64,000 nt of DNA from Octopus sinensis. Its lineage: Eukaryota. The DNA lies in contig NC_042998.1 in NCBI RefSeq assembly GCF_006345805.1, positions 124,744,001-124,808,000 on the forward strand, in the 5' to 3' direction. This document shows, piece after piece, positions 13,060-25,008 of this stretch. Positions within the stretch are counted from its first letter, which is position 1, and each line of letters begins with the position of its first letter. Both the position numbers and the translations under genes were made by a program. A model generated the notes under the pieces. It was not told where the DNA came from. It saw nothing but the letters and a program-made list of their open reading frames with translations, and did not search any database.

Positions 13060-14261
13060 CATATATATACATATAAATAGTATTGTATTTATGGAGGCAG
13101 TTCTAATGTCGGGGACATCGCTACTCCAATGTTCAACCACGTCAATTCTACGGAATCAATATATTTACACTATGCGTTCGAAGCGAAGCTGTGTTATCAC
13201 TTGTTGATAAGCATTGTAAGGTGTGTACATGTGTGTGTGTTAGTTTATGTATGTGTCTGTTTTTGTGTGAGTTAGCTTGTATGCATGTTGGTTTGTGTGC
13301 ATGCATTCATGCGTGTCTATATGTGTGCTGTGTGTGTTTGTGGAGGATGTAAACAGGATGTAAAATCTAATTTAGAGTTTCCTTCAATCGTGGGATGAGT
13401 TCAATCGACCAAACGTAGAATGCAGCAACCGTGGAATATCAGGTTATCTGAAAACGTCAGTATATATGGAATATACTTTTAAAAAAGTATTTGTTTGGGA
13501 ACACCGATAAAACACTATCTAATGCTAACATATCCCTGTTGATACCACTTAGCACCTACTCCTACTAAATTGGAATGGCCGTACTGAAAATCATTTAATC
13601 ATATACCTGATGGACCATAACTAACTTAGAGAAAAACAACAGCCATAAAATAAGTAAAATCTAATTGAAACAATTTATAGCAACTTGCAAGTGAAGTAAG
13701 GGTATCGTCGGGCAATACCACAACGAGGGACAAGACTTTAGCGATTGATCGCTCTGGTAGAAGATATATCTACCTATGAATATGAGAGGAGAAAGGACAC
13801 ACAAAGTAATCTGGTCCTATATCTGAAAACAAGAGATAAATTGGTCGTGGTTAAAACGTTTTTGACGAAGGGTATTCATGATCAGCGTTAGTTGGGGGAG
13901 CTAAAGAAGAATAACAATGGTAATAACAATAAGAAGAGTCAGAAAAGCTGTGGATGGGAGATTGGCGATAAGTGACATTAGAAAATTCTATGTAGCTGCA
14001 CTGAAAGTTAGAAATACCAACCAGGTTTTGCTGACGCCACGCTCTGCTATCTTGAAAAATAAATTAAAGGAAAGCTAGACACATACTCTTGATGAAATAG
14101 ACGACGGTTAGTGTTGGAATGACTTTGACGACAGTTCTGCTTCATAAGGATGACCTAGGGTTAAACAGAAACAAAACAAAAATATACATTTAAACAACTA
14201 ATGAAAAAACTTACAAGAAACACGGCAAGAATGATTTTTAAAACAAACAATAATAAAAAAA

Positions 14262-14518
14262 AAATTTAATGCGCACTTTTTAAAGCCTAGCCAGGCTCAT
14301 GGGCCCGGTTTCCCGGTTTCTGTGGCATGTGTGTTCCCCAGCTGGACGGTACGCCAGGTCATCGCAACGTTACTCATTTTTGCCAGCTGAGTGGACTGGA
14401 GCAACGTGAAATGGAGTGCTTTGCTCAAGAACACAACGCGTCGCTCGGTCCAGGAATCGAAACCACAACCTTACGATCATGGTGCTGACATCCTAACCAC
14501 TAAGCCACGCGCCTCCAC
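14262..14518 (-). mobile_element. tRNA-derived SINE (family S3), near full length
   Basis: Minus-strand head GGAGGCGCGTGGCTTAGTGGTTAGG (A box) ... GGTTTCGATTCC (B box), then TGTGTTCTTGAGCAAAGCAC and a GCGATG..TGGCGT.CCGTCCAG...ATGCCACAGAAACCGGG body. Confidence 0.85.
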
Positions 14519-14989
14519 TTAGAACAAACAATAACTGACCAATAAAACAGTGAAAGAATATGTGAAGCCGTCTATATTTGCTGATATGTTCTTTCTACAA
14601 GGGTATTTGGATTTGAAGCCAGAAAATGCTCTCATCGCTTGAAGAATATTATAAGTTCTGGATTATGTGGCTTCGAATAAACGTGTGCATATGTATACGT
14701 GGGTGGGCGTGTGTGCATGTGTGTGTGCACACGCGCATGTATGTCTGCGCTCGCGCGATCATATATGCATGTTTCTGCAGGCGTATATTATCAATTTTCT
14801 CTTGTTTTTTTTACATGGTATTTAAAGATCCAACAGATCTCATTGATCTATTTGGTCCTTCAACTGAATGTAGCTGTGCATTCGCATATGAACGTACGTC
14901 TCAGTTTGTAGTAGCAAGTGATCCGCTTTTTTTTATGCCACTTCTATGCACTTCATTTTTACGCTGCTGAGGTTTTATATCTAGCGTTT

Positions 14990-14993
14990 TGTG

Positions 14994-15042
<49 letters not shown>

Positions 15043-15282
15043 CATGTGTGTGTGTCTGTGTCTGTGTGTGTGTCTGCGTGTGTCTGTGTGTGTGTATGTG
15101 TGTTTGTACGTGTGTGTGTGTATGTGTGTTTGTACGTGTGTGTGTGTGTGTGTGTGTGTCTGTGTCTGTGTGTGTGTCTGTGTGTGTCTGTGTGTGTGTA
15201 TGTGTGTTTGTACGTGTGTGTGTGTGTCTGTGTCTGTGAGTGTGTGTGTGTGTGTCTGTGTCTGTGTGTGTCTGTGTGTGTC

Positions 15283-15324
<42 letters not shown>
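14990..15324. repeat. Compound (TG)n-based microsatellite
   Basis: TG runs interspersed with TGTC, TGTA and repeated TTTGTACG variants. Confidence 0.95.
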
Positions 15325-15325
<1 letters not shown>

Positions 15326-18149
15326 TTTTCTGAAATAAATATGCTCTGATCGAAAATTAGCGATATGTAGAAAGTTTTTGTTTCTGCTGAATGATTTAAC
15401 GGAATCATGCATGCATACCCTACATAATTCTCACTCATCTTTTAACTTGTATATCCTGGATCTCACAGCCTCCCTCCCATTTCAAATGACTGGGATCTCA
15501 AAACAAACTTTGGTTACTTTGACTACCACTCACTTCACTTCCTCCTCACTATCAAATTCCCACACATCTCACATCATATCTTACATTTCTCTCACCATAT
15601 TCCCCACTACTCACAGAGTTCTTTTCTACTTCCACCCCTCTCTCCCTACAAGTAATCTTTCTTATCAATCTTTCCTCTCTTCTGCAACATTAACCTCCAT
15701 ATTCTCTTACGCAAAAAAAAAAGATTCTTGTCCGAAACGTTTCTTACTTTCTGGTTCCTTTAAATTTATATTTACAACGAATTTTTAAACATTATAAATA
15801 TTTCGTATCTGTTATCAACATTTCCGATTACTATATTTCACACTTGAGAGCATAGCGTATCTCCCAATAGTTTTAAAGGGCAAAATATATTGAGAAATTG
15901 TAACTGACTGTTAAAAATATTAGATATCCTTACAAGGAATATACTTGAGGTAACCTCCACGTAAAATTGCATTATATGAAAGTTGTTTCTGATTAAATTA
16001 CACTGCGTTCAACAATCAGAGCGCTTATACAGCGATAAACACTTTTCGATGAATTTAATAACATTTTAGGTATATATAAATCAAATAATCTATTACAAAT
16101 AACCTAACATACGTAAACTAATGCAATAAGTTTTTAATTAGGAGAATCTTATTTAAATAGGTTTATTTGGTTGCTTTTATTTATGAACAACGTCTATCAA
16201 TCTTGAAAAAAACTTGAAAAAAAGTTCATTTTTTGCAAATATTAAATAGAGTTTATTAAAATGGTGTGAAAATAGTCTATTAATATACTCTATTATTTAT
16301 TCAGTATATAATTACGTAGCAAATAATTTCTTGCTTACTTTGATAAAACTAGCCACATGTATGTAGCTCGCCTCTTTCATAAATTCTTGCTAGAAGCCAA
16401 AATTTTAATCTTAGGATTTGACAAGTCACAAGTTGAGGCAAAATTGAATTGGAGTATTTGATTTGTATATGCTTTTCAAATATAATTTTTCCACGACCAC
16501 CACGGGAAAAACAGGTAATTCTTCGGGGATTTAACATCTAAACTCACGAACTGCTTTTCAATAAACGTTTAAAATGCATCTATTTTACGCACCTGGTGCC
16601 ATTCCTAAAAGAAAGAATACCATTGTTTTACAATCTCCCTTAACATTATGCTATGTTCTATAGGAGGCTCTTTGTCAACGCTACATGCTGTTATTTTGTG
16701 GTATTGATGTTGTTATTCGTATTGCTTAACATCCAGGTCAATCCTGATTAAACATATATATGATCAAAGGCATTCCAACTGTAACCGCCTTGTCATTTTG
16801 GTGAGGCAAGTCTTGAGCAACATTGCCTCGTGTTCAAGATCTTAAAAGGAAGATTAGTCTGTTATTTCTAATAAATCAAGTGACCATATAAAGGCTCCGT
16901 CGTTGACTTCTTCCTACAATAGTCATATACGCTGACATGATTATGCCACTGGTAATCGAGAGATCAGAAGAACAATAATTCATGTTCTATAAATGGCATT
17001 GCATATGTACATCAAAACTTCAAAATTTAATTAAAAACCGGTGACAGGTCAACGACAAGATTGTTATGCAGCCACATATATAAATAATAGTACCAAAATC
17101 TCGTTTATTCCGTTCATTTTAGCTAAACGAAAACGTTGCGCAAAAGTATAAAATATCATAAGCCTACTACATCAGAGTCCACTGTGATTAAACACCAGCA
17201 TCAATAACTGTTTAGAAGAGTTTCTCTACCCAGTCACTCAACTAACTACAAATAACCAAATCTACAAAACATTTCCCACCGTCCCGTCTTAAATAACCTG
17301 AAGACTAGAAGGATACGTTAAATAATGTAATCCTAAGTATCCTCACCACGAAATGTCGAAATGGTCGTGGCTGAAATGTTTTTGATCACATAAGTGCTGG
17401 TTTACAATTCACGTGCGCCAAGCAACCACAACCTATACGCGAAGTTCAATTCATTAGAGCAATGTTCAATTCATTAGAGCACTAAATGTTTTATATACTG
17501 TTACAAATTAAATGTCTTAACCTATCGGTGGAATGTATATTATTTTGATTAATCGTTCAGCTGCGACTTTATACAATGAATTATTTCTTTATGTCTAGGC
17601 ACAAAACTCATAACTGAAATGCTAAAGGTTGAGTTCATACTCTTTTGAAGCGTGGCAAATGAAGTTGACCAAAATCATAGGAGTTCTAGGTCTGAATTAA
17701 TAGAGGTTATGCGTATATATAAGTGTGACTATACTTGCACAAACACTTGCACGCACACATATATATAGCATGCACACACATAAGTGCGTAAAATGAAAGT
17801 ATCAATCTACAGGGTATAGAGTGTTTAGTGAAAAGTTAAGATTTTTAAAGAATGAGCTGGGATTTTTAGGGAGTTATAGTAATGGGAATCAAATAGCTAG
17901 ATAAATAACGAGGTGAAAATGTTGCGAGTGGATGAAGAATGGGAGTATCAGAATACAAAACTAGAAGTGTTTAATAAAGAATTTGTTCCAGACAGTTCAT
18001 AAATATTTAAGTGCTTAATGTGTCCATCTAGCAGAAGATAGAATGAAAGGCACACACACACACAAACACTCACATACATACATGCATGCTGTGCATGCTT
18101 ATATGCTTCGGTACATTAAAACATAACTATACGTACACACACACACACA

Positions 18150-18179
18150 AATAGATAGATAGATAGGTAGGCAGACAGG

Positions 18180-18217
<38 letters not shown>

Positions 18218-18236
18218 TATTGATAGATAGATAGGG

Positions 18237-18310
<74 letters not shown>
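18150..18310. repeat. (GATA)n/(GACA)n compound microsatellite
   Basis: Tetranucleotide runs. Confidence 0.97.
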
Positions 18311-18694
18311 GCAAGGTACAAACATAATATATATGACAACTGACACTTACCCGTGATATTTCCAAGCGCTACAACTCGTATTCGGTTTTAAATAAATTAT
18401 TATACTTTTCCGTTCCCATGTCAACGCTAATGCTTTCATTATTATTAATACTTGTAAAGCTTCATACATATTCTAATCAATGTTTTTGTTTCTTTATATT
18501 TTTTTAATATTTATTGCAAAATACTGAATTGGTCACACACCCCTCCCCACTGAAGATCTAACACTGGTTTTACGTGATATATTGCAATTTCCTCACATTT
18601 GGAGTTATTTTTCCTTTGAGACTCCTTCATTACTTTAGCGTCAGCTTTTAAAATTCATACAACGCTTTAGACAATCCTCCGAATATGTCAAATG

Positions 18695-18880
18695 TATACA
18701 TACATACATGCATACATACATACATACATACATACATACATACATACATACATACATACATACATACATACATACATACATACATACATACATACGTACA
18801 TACATACGTACATACATACGTACATACATACGTAGGTACATAAACACACACATGCACACAAGCATGCATACATACATACA
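18695..18880. repeat. (TACA)n microsatellite
   Basis: Tetranucleotide run with TACG variants. Confidence 0.97.
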
Positions 18881-20226
18881 AAGTATATATAATATCTATG
18901 GTGCAATTACGTTTAATGTTTATACGCTCGAATTATTGGAGCCCAAATGGTGATCAATTAAATCGGAGATAAACAAGTCGTAAACTACGATTACTTTAAT
19001 TAATAAAAGATTGTAGCGGCAACTAAATTCTCTTTTGCGTTGGCTATATGAAAAATGTACCATTAGCTGTCTTAATAAACCAATGATGAATCATTGTGTT
19101 TTTCACACATTCGTTTGTCTATACTACTAATTATAAAGTACAATTTTGTACGCGCCTTCCCTGTTGAAATTGCTGTTCTAGAAACAGTATTTCTCTACGC
19201 CTGCTGGGAATAATAATAATCGAGATATAGTTATTATTATTTCATTTTGAATCTGTCTTATTGACTTCAGAACTGTATGTTTCTGTATCATATTGTTATT
19301 AGACAAATTTATACCATAGCTAACCTAAATTCGAATAAACTTTGTATATTTGAAGTTAGTATGTCATAAAAAAATGTGGTTTATGATATTTCGTGCAAAA
19401 GTCTTCTTTGGTGATACCGGACATTTGAAAATTTTTCCGAACAAGCTATTTTATGAAACATACGAAATTCTTGAAAGTTACGAGCTTTATTAATTGAATT
19501 TTCCGACACAGATCAATATTAGTTCCATTAAACTTTTTTCCAATTTGTTACCGGTAGATCACGCTTCTAACCAAATTCTTTTCCTGACTCCTTTATCATT
19601 CTCCAAAATTCTTCAAATTCTTCGACCAAATATCCACCAGCATTAATGAGGAGATACTGTCAACATTTCACTTCAACTATCTCTTATATCACCCAACTCC
19701 CCCGGTGATTTCTATTCTACCAGCTCTTCGTGGCTCTCACAGTCATCGTACATTGATGCCTATTGTATAAAACGAATGTTTAGCAATCTTCATCTACGTG
19801 CATTAACTTCTTTCACCCCTATACCTACCTTTGACCGATGCAGAACCACTTCAAAACACATTTGATCTCATTCACTTTTTGAAAACCCAACTTGCTCGTC
19901 TCGAAATTGCTTCGGTTCTCAACGGATCGTCTCTACAGTAAATTCGAAAACTATACCTCACCACTTCTCAACAGTCATGGTTCTGTGAACAGCACATTAA
20001 AGAACTATCACTGCCTGTTTTGCATCCAACTCCGTACAGCTCGCAATAAGTAAATCTCTTCCAAATATAAGCTTTTTCGCTTCAACAGTTATATACACAA
20101 AACCCATGAGCGAAAGTATCTTCGGTTACTTCAAAAAAGACAATACCATTTAACGCCAGAACGAGTCACTACATTAAAGTCTCTTTAATCTTTCTCTCAC
20201 TCTCTCTCTCTCTTTACTCTCTCTCT

Positions 20227-20271
<45 letters not shown>

Positions 20272-20272
<1 letters not shown>

Positions 20273-20660
20273 TCTTCCTCTTTTACTCTTTTACTTGTTT
20301 CAGTCATTTGACTGTGTTCATGCCGGAGCACCGCCCTTAGTCGAGCAAATCGACCCCAGGACTTATTCTTTGTAAGCCTAGTACTTATTCTATCGGTCTC
20401 TTTGGACGAACCGCTAAGTTACGGGGACGTAAACACACCAGCATCGGTTGTCAAGCGATGTTGGGGGAGCAAACACACACACATATATATGTATACATAT
20501 ACACGACGGGCTTCTTTCAGTCTCCGTCTACCAAATCCACTAACAAGGCTTTGGTCGGCCCGAGGCTATACCACAAGACACTTGCCCAAGGTGCCACGTA
20601 GTGGGACTGAACCCGGAACCATGCGGTTTGTAAGCAAGTGACTTACCACACAGCCACTCC

Positions 20661-20662
<2 letters not shown>
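20272..20662 (-). mobile_element. tRNA-derived SINE (family S2), full length, flanked by (TA)n
   Basis: Minus-strand head GGAGTGGCTGTGTGGTAAG (A box) ... GGGTTCAGTCCC (B box), CCTTGGGCAAGTGTCTT, an internal CA/TA microsatellite and a (GTAAAAGA)n tail. Homologous to 40215-40642 and 55073-55500. Confidence 0.9.
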
Positions 20663-20720
<58 letters not shown>

Positions 20721-20762
20721 CAATAATAATTCTCTAAACGAGATATAGACAGTAACTGCTCC

Positions 20763-21043
20763 ATAACATAAGGGACGTTAGCCATCTGAATGTGGCTAGG
20801 GACAGGGCAGGGCGGTGGCGGTGTTACTGATGCATTTAGCCCCAGGCGATCATCAACGTCACCAGGAGGGCTGACGCCATCACGGCGTCCTCATGATCTC
20901 CCTTTGCAGGCTAGAGGACGCCGTGATGGCGTCAGCCCTCCTGGTGACGTTGATGATCGCCTGGGGCTAAATGCATCAGTAACACCCCCACCGCCCTGCC
21001 TTGTCCCTAGCCACATTCAGATGGCTAACGTCCCTTATGTTAT
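20763..21043. repeat. Long near-perfect palindrome: 130-bp arms, 21-nt spacer
   Basis: 20763-20892 is the reverse complement of 20914-21043, with 2 mismatches by eye. The spacer is ATGATCTCCCTTTGCAGGCTA. Confidence 0.97.
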
Positions 21044-21061
21044 ATATATATATATATATAT

Positions 21062-21300
21062 ATAGTAAATAAAAAACGAACAAACACAAAAAACAACAAC
21101 GTGAGGACGTGGTACGTTAAGTGTTAGCAGACGCTCAGCGAAGGAAAGAAAGATGGTTTAACGTTTCGAGCAAAACTTCTTCAGAAGCAGAGGAAAGTCC
21201 AATAGAAAAGGAAGACGGAGGAAAAAAAGTCGCTAATGTTACATTTTGAAATAAACGGAAGGGAATGGGTGAAGAAAAAGACAGGAGGGTGTAAGAGAAG
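21062..21300 (-). mobile_element. Penelope-like terminal fragment ending in (TA)n
   Basis: Minus strand reads CTGAAGAAG....GCTCGAAACGTTAAAC...GAGCGTCTGCTAACAC...TTTACTATATATA. Related to 38483-38690 and more distantly to 28560-28650. Confidence 0.65.
21156..21188 (-). ncRNA. Minimal type I hammerhead-ribozyme-like motif
   Basis: GCTT-CTGAAGA-AGTTTTGCTC-GAAA-C-GTT-AAAC, with canonical CUGANGA and GAAA boxes, a short stem II and a partial stem I. Confidence 0.5.
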
Positions 21301-21329
21301 GGGGTATGTGTGCGTATGAGTGGGTATCT

Positions 21330-22005
21330 GCGTGCACGCAAGTCTGTATGTGTGTGTGTATGTGTATGTGTGTGTGTGGTGTTCGTGTGGTGCTGGCTTA
21401 ACTTTGTGTCTCTTAATGTAGGAAGAATTCAGCAGCATGGTAACAGGAGTGGTGGTCTTTTGTGTAGTTGTGTTTCTCTTCATATGTGCGTAGAGGAATG
21501 GTCAGTAGAAAAGTGTTTGACTGGCAGTCTGAAGTATATGTGTGCGTGTATGTATATGTTGTGTGTGTGTGTGTGTCTTTTGTGTAGTGAGTGCATGCGT
21601 CTGTGTGTGAGCGTGTATGTACGTGTGTGTATGTGCGTGTGTGTATATGCGTGTGTGCATGTGTGTATGTGTGTGCGCGGGGTTGTGTGTGAGGCTGTGC
21701 GTGTCGAATTATATGTGCGTTCCTGTGTTCGTGCGTGCGTGTGTGTGTTCGCGAGCATGTGCTTGTGTGCATGTGCTCGTGTATGTGTAAGTGTGTGCAT
21801 GTATGTATGAGTTTCTGTTGTGTGTGTGGGAGGTATGTGTGCATTCATATGTATGTGTGTGCGTGTGTGTGTGTGCATATGTGTGTGTATGTGTGTGTGT
21901 GTGTGTGCGCGTGTGCATATGTATGTGTGCACGTGGGGTTGTATGTGTGGAGGTATGTGTGCATTCTTGTACGTGTATGCGCGTGCATGTATGTGTCTGT
22001 GTGCA
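21330..22005. repeat. Degenerate (TG)n-rich low-complexity tract
   Basis: TG/TGTA/TGCG mosaic. Confidence 0.85.
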
Positions 22006-22039
22006 TCTATGCTTCCATACTACCTCCACTCGGGCACTT

Positions 22040-22200
22040 CTGCTCTAATCATCGAAGTCATTTCTATCCCCAACAAGCACGGTCTTTCGTTCCCAGTGCA
22101 CCGATTCCCTCACTGGAATTCTCTCTCTGCTAATTTCTTTCATACGGGTCTCGACTTGCAACAGTTTAAGTGGAATGTTAACAACGTAAGTTATACCGGT
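22040..22200 (+). mobile_element. CR1/L2-group LINE 3' end fragment
   Basis: Translates to SF..P.....WNSLSANFFHTGLDLQQFKWNVN, matching the WNxLP...DLxxFK C-terminal motif. Confidence 0.6.
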
Positions 22201-24711
22201 ATTGGAGCGTTTGCGAAATTCATGGGCACTGTCCCTGCAGTGTGCATCGTTTTACCTTTTTAAGGACTAAAACATGTAGCTCTGAGTTTTAGGAAGGGGT
22301 GAAAGACTGGCTGAGGTAGGTTGACTGCAACTTTATACTGGTCAAAAACAGAATGAAACTAGCAATGAAGTACCTTAGCTGATTCTACCGCTATAGTCGC
22401 TAAGCGATGACTATATTGTATGGTAATGAGTTTCGAATGTTTTATGATGATGTATGACATTGAGTTAATAAGTGATTTATTCTAGATATCATTCAACATA
22501 ATTATCCGAGTTTTTGAATATCAAATATCAATGTAGATTCAAAATATTTTCATTGTTTTCAATCAAGCACTTTAAAAGAGATTTTGCGACTGTAACAAAA
22601 TAAGAGAAGATTATAATCAATTACTGTAGGTCTAAGAATAGCAACCCATAGTATTCTATTTACGTCGTCTTGCTTAGTCTATATTCCTATAAATATCAAA
22701 AACTGGGCAATAACAATGTTACATGGTCTGCCAGATTCGATAACGTGTCCATGTAGAAATTGTTTCATAGATTATCATCCATTATAATTTAAAATAATCA
22801 ACCTACCATTATGTATTTTGATAGCATCATATAGCGTAACTATTTATGTTCAGGTTTCTCTAATGTAGTTTAATGTATATTGGGTTACTATACTATTAAT
22901 ATGATGTCATTCTTTTGAAACTTTTAATCCTATGTTCTTATAATAAATCTTCTGGCCTCATTGAAATCTTGGGTTTTAGATTTACCACTGCTACATTTCT
23001 AGCAATACTGCCTTGCACAGCATGGTGTCAGTTAACAACTGCTTGAGCTGATATGAGAGAAACAGAATTTTTGTCTGTCAAGATATTTATACAACATTTG
23101 AAGGAAAAGGTGCTAAAACCTCAAAAGGACGTCTGCAGTAAAACCATATAAATGTGAACCATATTTTCATTTTCATTTTTTTTTTCGTTGTTTCTAATAC
23201 CATACGTTTTGGCTGCAAATAGGATTATTTTTATTAGATTATAAATTATAGATTATAAATTGATGATTGCAACTTAATTTTGTTATTGAAAGATACTAAA
23301 ATAATTCTATTGTTGAAAATATTCATCTCAATAATATATTTCTGCGCAAAACGATTTTCAAAGAGAAGCTTTGCAATAAAAAGAAATGATCAAATAGAAT
23401 TTCCTTTCACTGAAACACATCCTGAAAGGCTTCTTAAGATTTTGTTAGTTAAAAACCATGATAGAACTTAAATTTGAAGATTGATTAAAAACTGTCTGTG
23501 ATGTTGAGAGACGACTGGGAAAATTAGAAAATGAAAGGGTTTTCAAACTGATGAAGAAATGGGCAAACGAGTTGCAACAAAACACGAGAGAATACACAGG
23601 CATTACTATCATCTTTTTATATTAACACCTGAAAAGCAATTCGCCTTTGAAAATTAAAATAACAAAGTGATGGTTCAAGGGAATTTAACAAAATATTTTT
23701 TGAAAAAGTCTGTTTGATGAAAGAAAACACAGAAACGGCATTATTGATTAGAAGGAGAATTCAGAATTACGGGTATGGTTCAAAAATTGAAAAGACATTG
23801 TTAACTGGACAGAATCAGAAAGAGAGCATATTGAGTTGAAAACTTTAGGAATCTAATAAAATTGTATTCTATACTCTCTGTAAAGAGAACTAAGAGCATT
23901 AATAACATTGAAGTTGAACATGTTTACATGAGAGTTGATAATCCAGTGTGTTCTTGTATACCTCTCCACCGGATCTTACCAATTTTTATAGGTTATTATT
24001 AGTTTAATTGTCTCAGCCACTGGACTCCAATCGCTTTGGGGCAGCACCGACCTCAAAAGTTTTCTTTCATTACATCAACCCTATCACTAAAACTGGTACT
24101 TCTGTATTCGATACCTGCCAAATACTTTACTCAGATTGAAATACGTCTCTGTAGAAAGCTACTTGTCACATTTGTGAACTTAAATGACACAATGAATTTC
24201 AAACTGACATACACAAATATGGAGACACACAAACACACACACACACACACAATGCTTGCGTGGAAAACGCTCAGTTCTACTGTAGTGGGAAACGCTAACA
24301 GAAGCACTAGCAAAAAATATAAACGCTAGACACACCGCTCTTTTACGTTAGTATTTTCAACTGAAAATTCATAATTAATGTTAACTGAAAGCGCGCATAC
24401 TTTTCTCAGATGTTCATTTTCAACGTTATAGTATTCTATGGTCATCAAATTGAATTTTAATGGGATATACTTTGAGAGGAACAGATATACAACTATTTAC
24501 AATTTGAATCACAAAATCAATGCACAGAACATTTTCATGCTGGAGAAGCATGAATGCTATAAATTTCCTAAGTTAATGAGATTCTAGCCAGGTACAGTAT
24601 TAGATTTATAAAAAATATTAGCCTTTCTATAGCTATGGACTCTATGTTGAGAGGAAACAGGCCAATGTTGCGCACCGCACCTAACATCAGTTACCTTGTG
24701 GATCGAAGACA

Positions 24712-25008
24712 TTATTGTTATCACTATCGCCATCGTCATCATCATCCTTCTTCTTCTTCTTCTTCTTCTTATTCTTCTTCTTCTTCTTCTTCTTCTTCTT
24801 CTTCTTCTTTTCTTCTTCTTCTTCTTCTTCTTCTTCTTCTTCTTCTTCTTCTTCTTCTTCTTCTTCTTCTTCTACATCAGGCGTGGGCTTGGAGGACAAC
24901 GCCTAACTACCAATGATGTTGAAGAAGAAGAAGGACGAGGAGGAGGGGAGGAGGGGGAGGACGACGACGATGAGGAGACGATGACGATGGCGATAGTGAT
25001 AACAATAA
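24712..25008. repeat. Fold-back element with 29-bp perfect terminal inverted repeats enclosing (TTC)n and GAA/GGA tracts
   Basis: TTATTGTTATCACTATCGCCATCGTCATC (24712-24740) is the exact reverse complement of 24980-25008. Inner stems are CTTCTTCTTCTACATCA/TGATGTTGAAGAAGAAG and AGGCGT/ACGCCT. Confidence 0.85.
24747..24872. repeat. (TTC)n microsatellite
   Basis: Near-perfect trinucleotide run. Confidence 0.98.

Noticed and set aside
14440-14518. Possible tRNA gene on the minus strand
   Set aside because: A and B boxes are present, but the sequence continues into a SINE body and I could not build a complete cloverleaf or acceptor stem.
13830-17400. Scattered old repeat remnants (ATGGTCGTGG.TG.AATG..TTTGATCA-like at ~13840, 14105, 16740-16790, 17360; also ~4100)
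   Set aside because: Probably one ancient dispersed family, but boundaries and class cannot be established by eye.
17445-17482. 20-bp tandem duplication (GTTCAATTCATTAGAGCA x2); similar at ~56630-56680
   Set aside because: Ordinary replication-slippage duplications.
19560-20170. C/T-skewed coding-like stretch, possible Penelope N-terminal remnant
   Set aside because: No recognisable motif in any frame.
23400-23940. A-rich coding-like region (KTVCDVERRLGKLENERVFKLMKKWANELQQ)
   Set aside because: Multiple stops, no identifiable domain and no clear splice signals.
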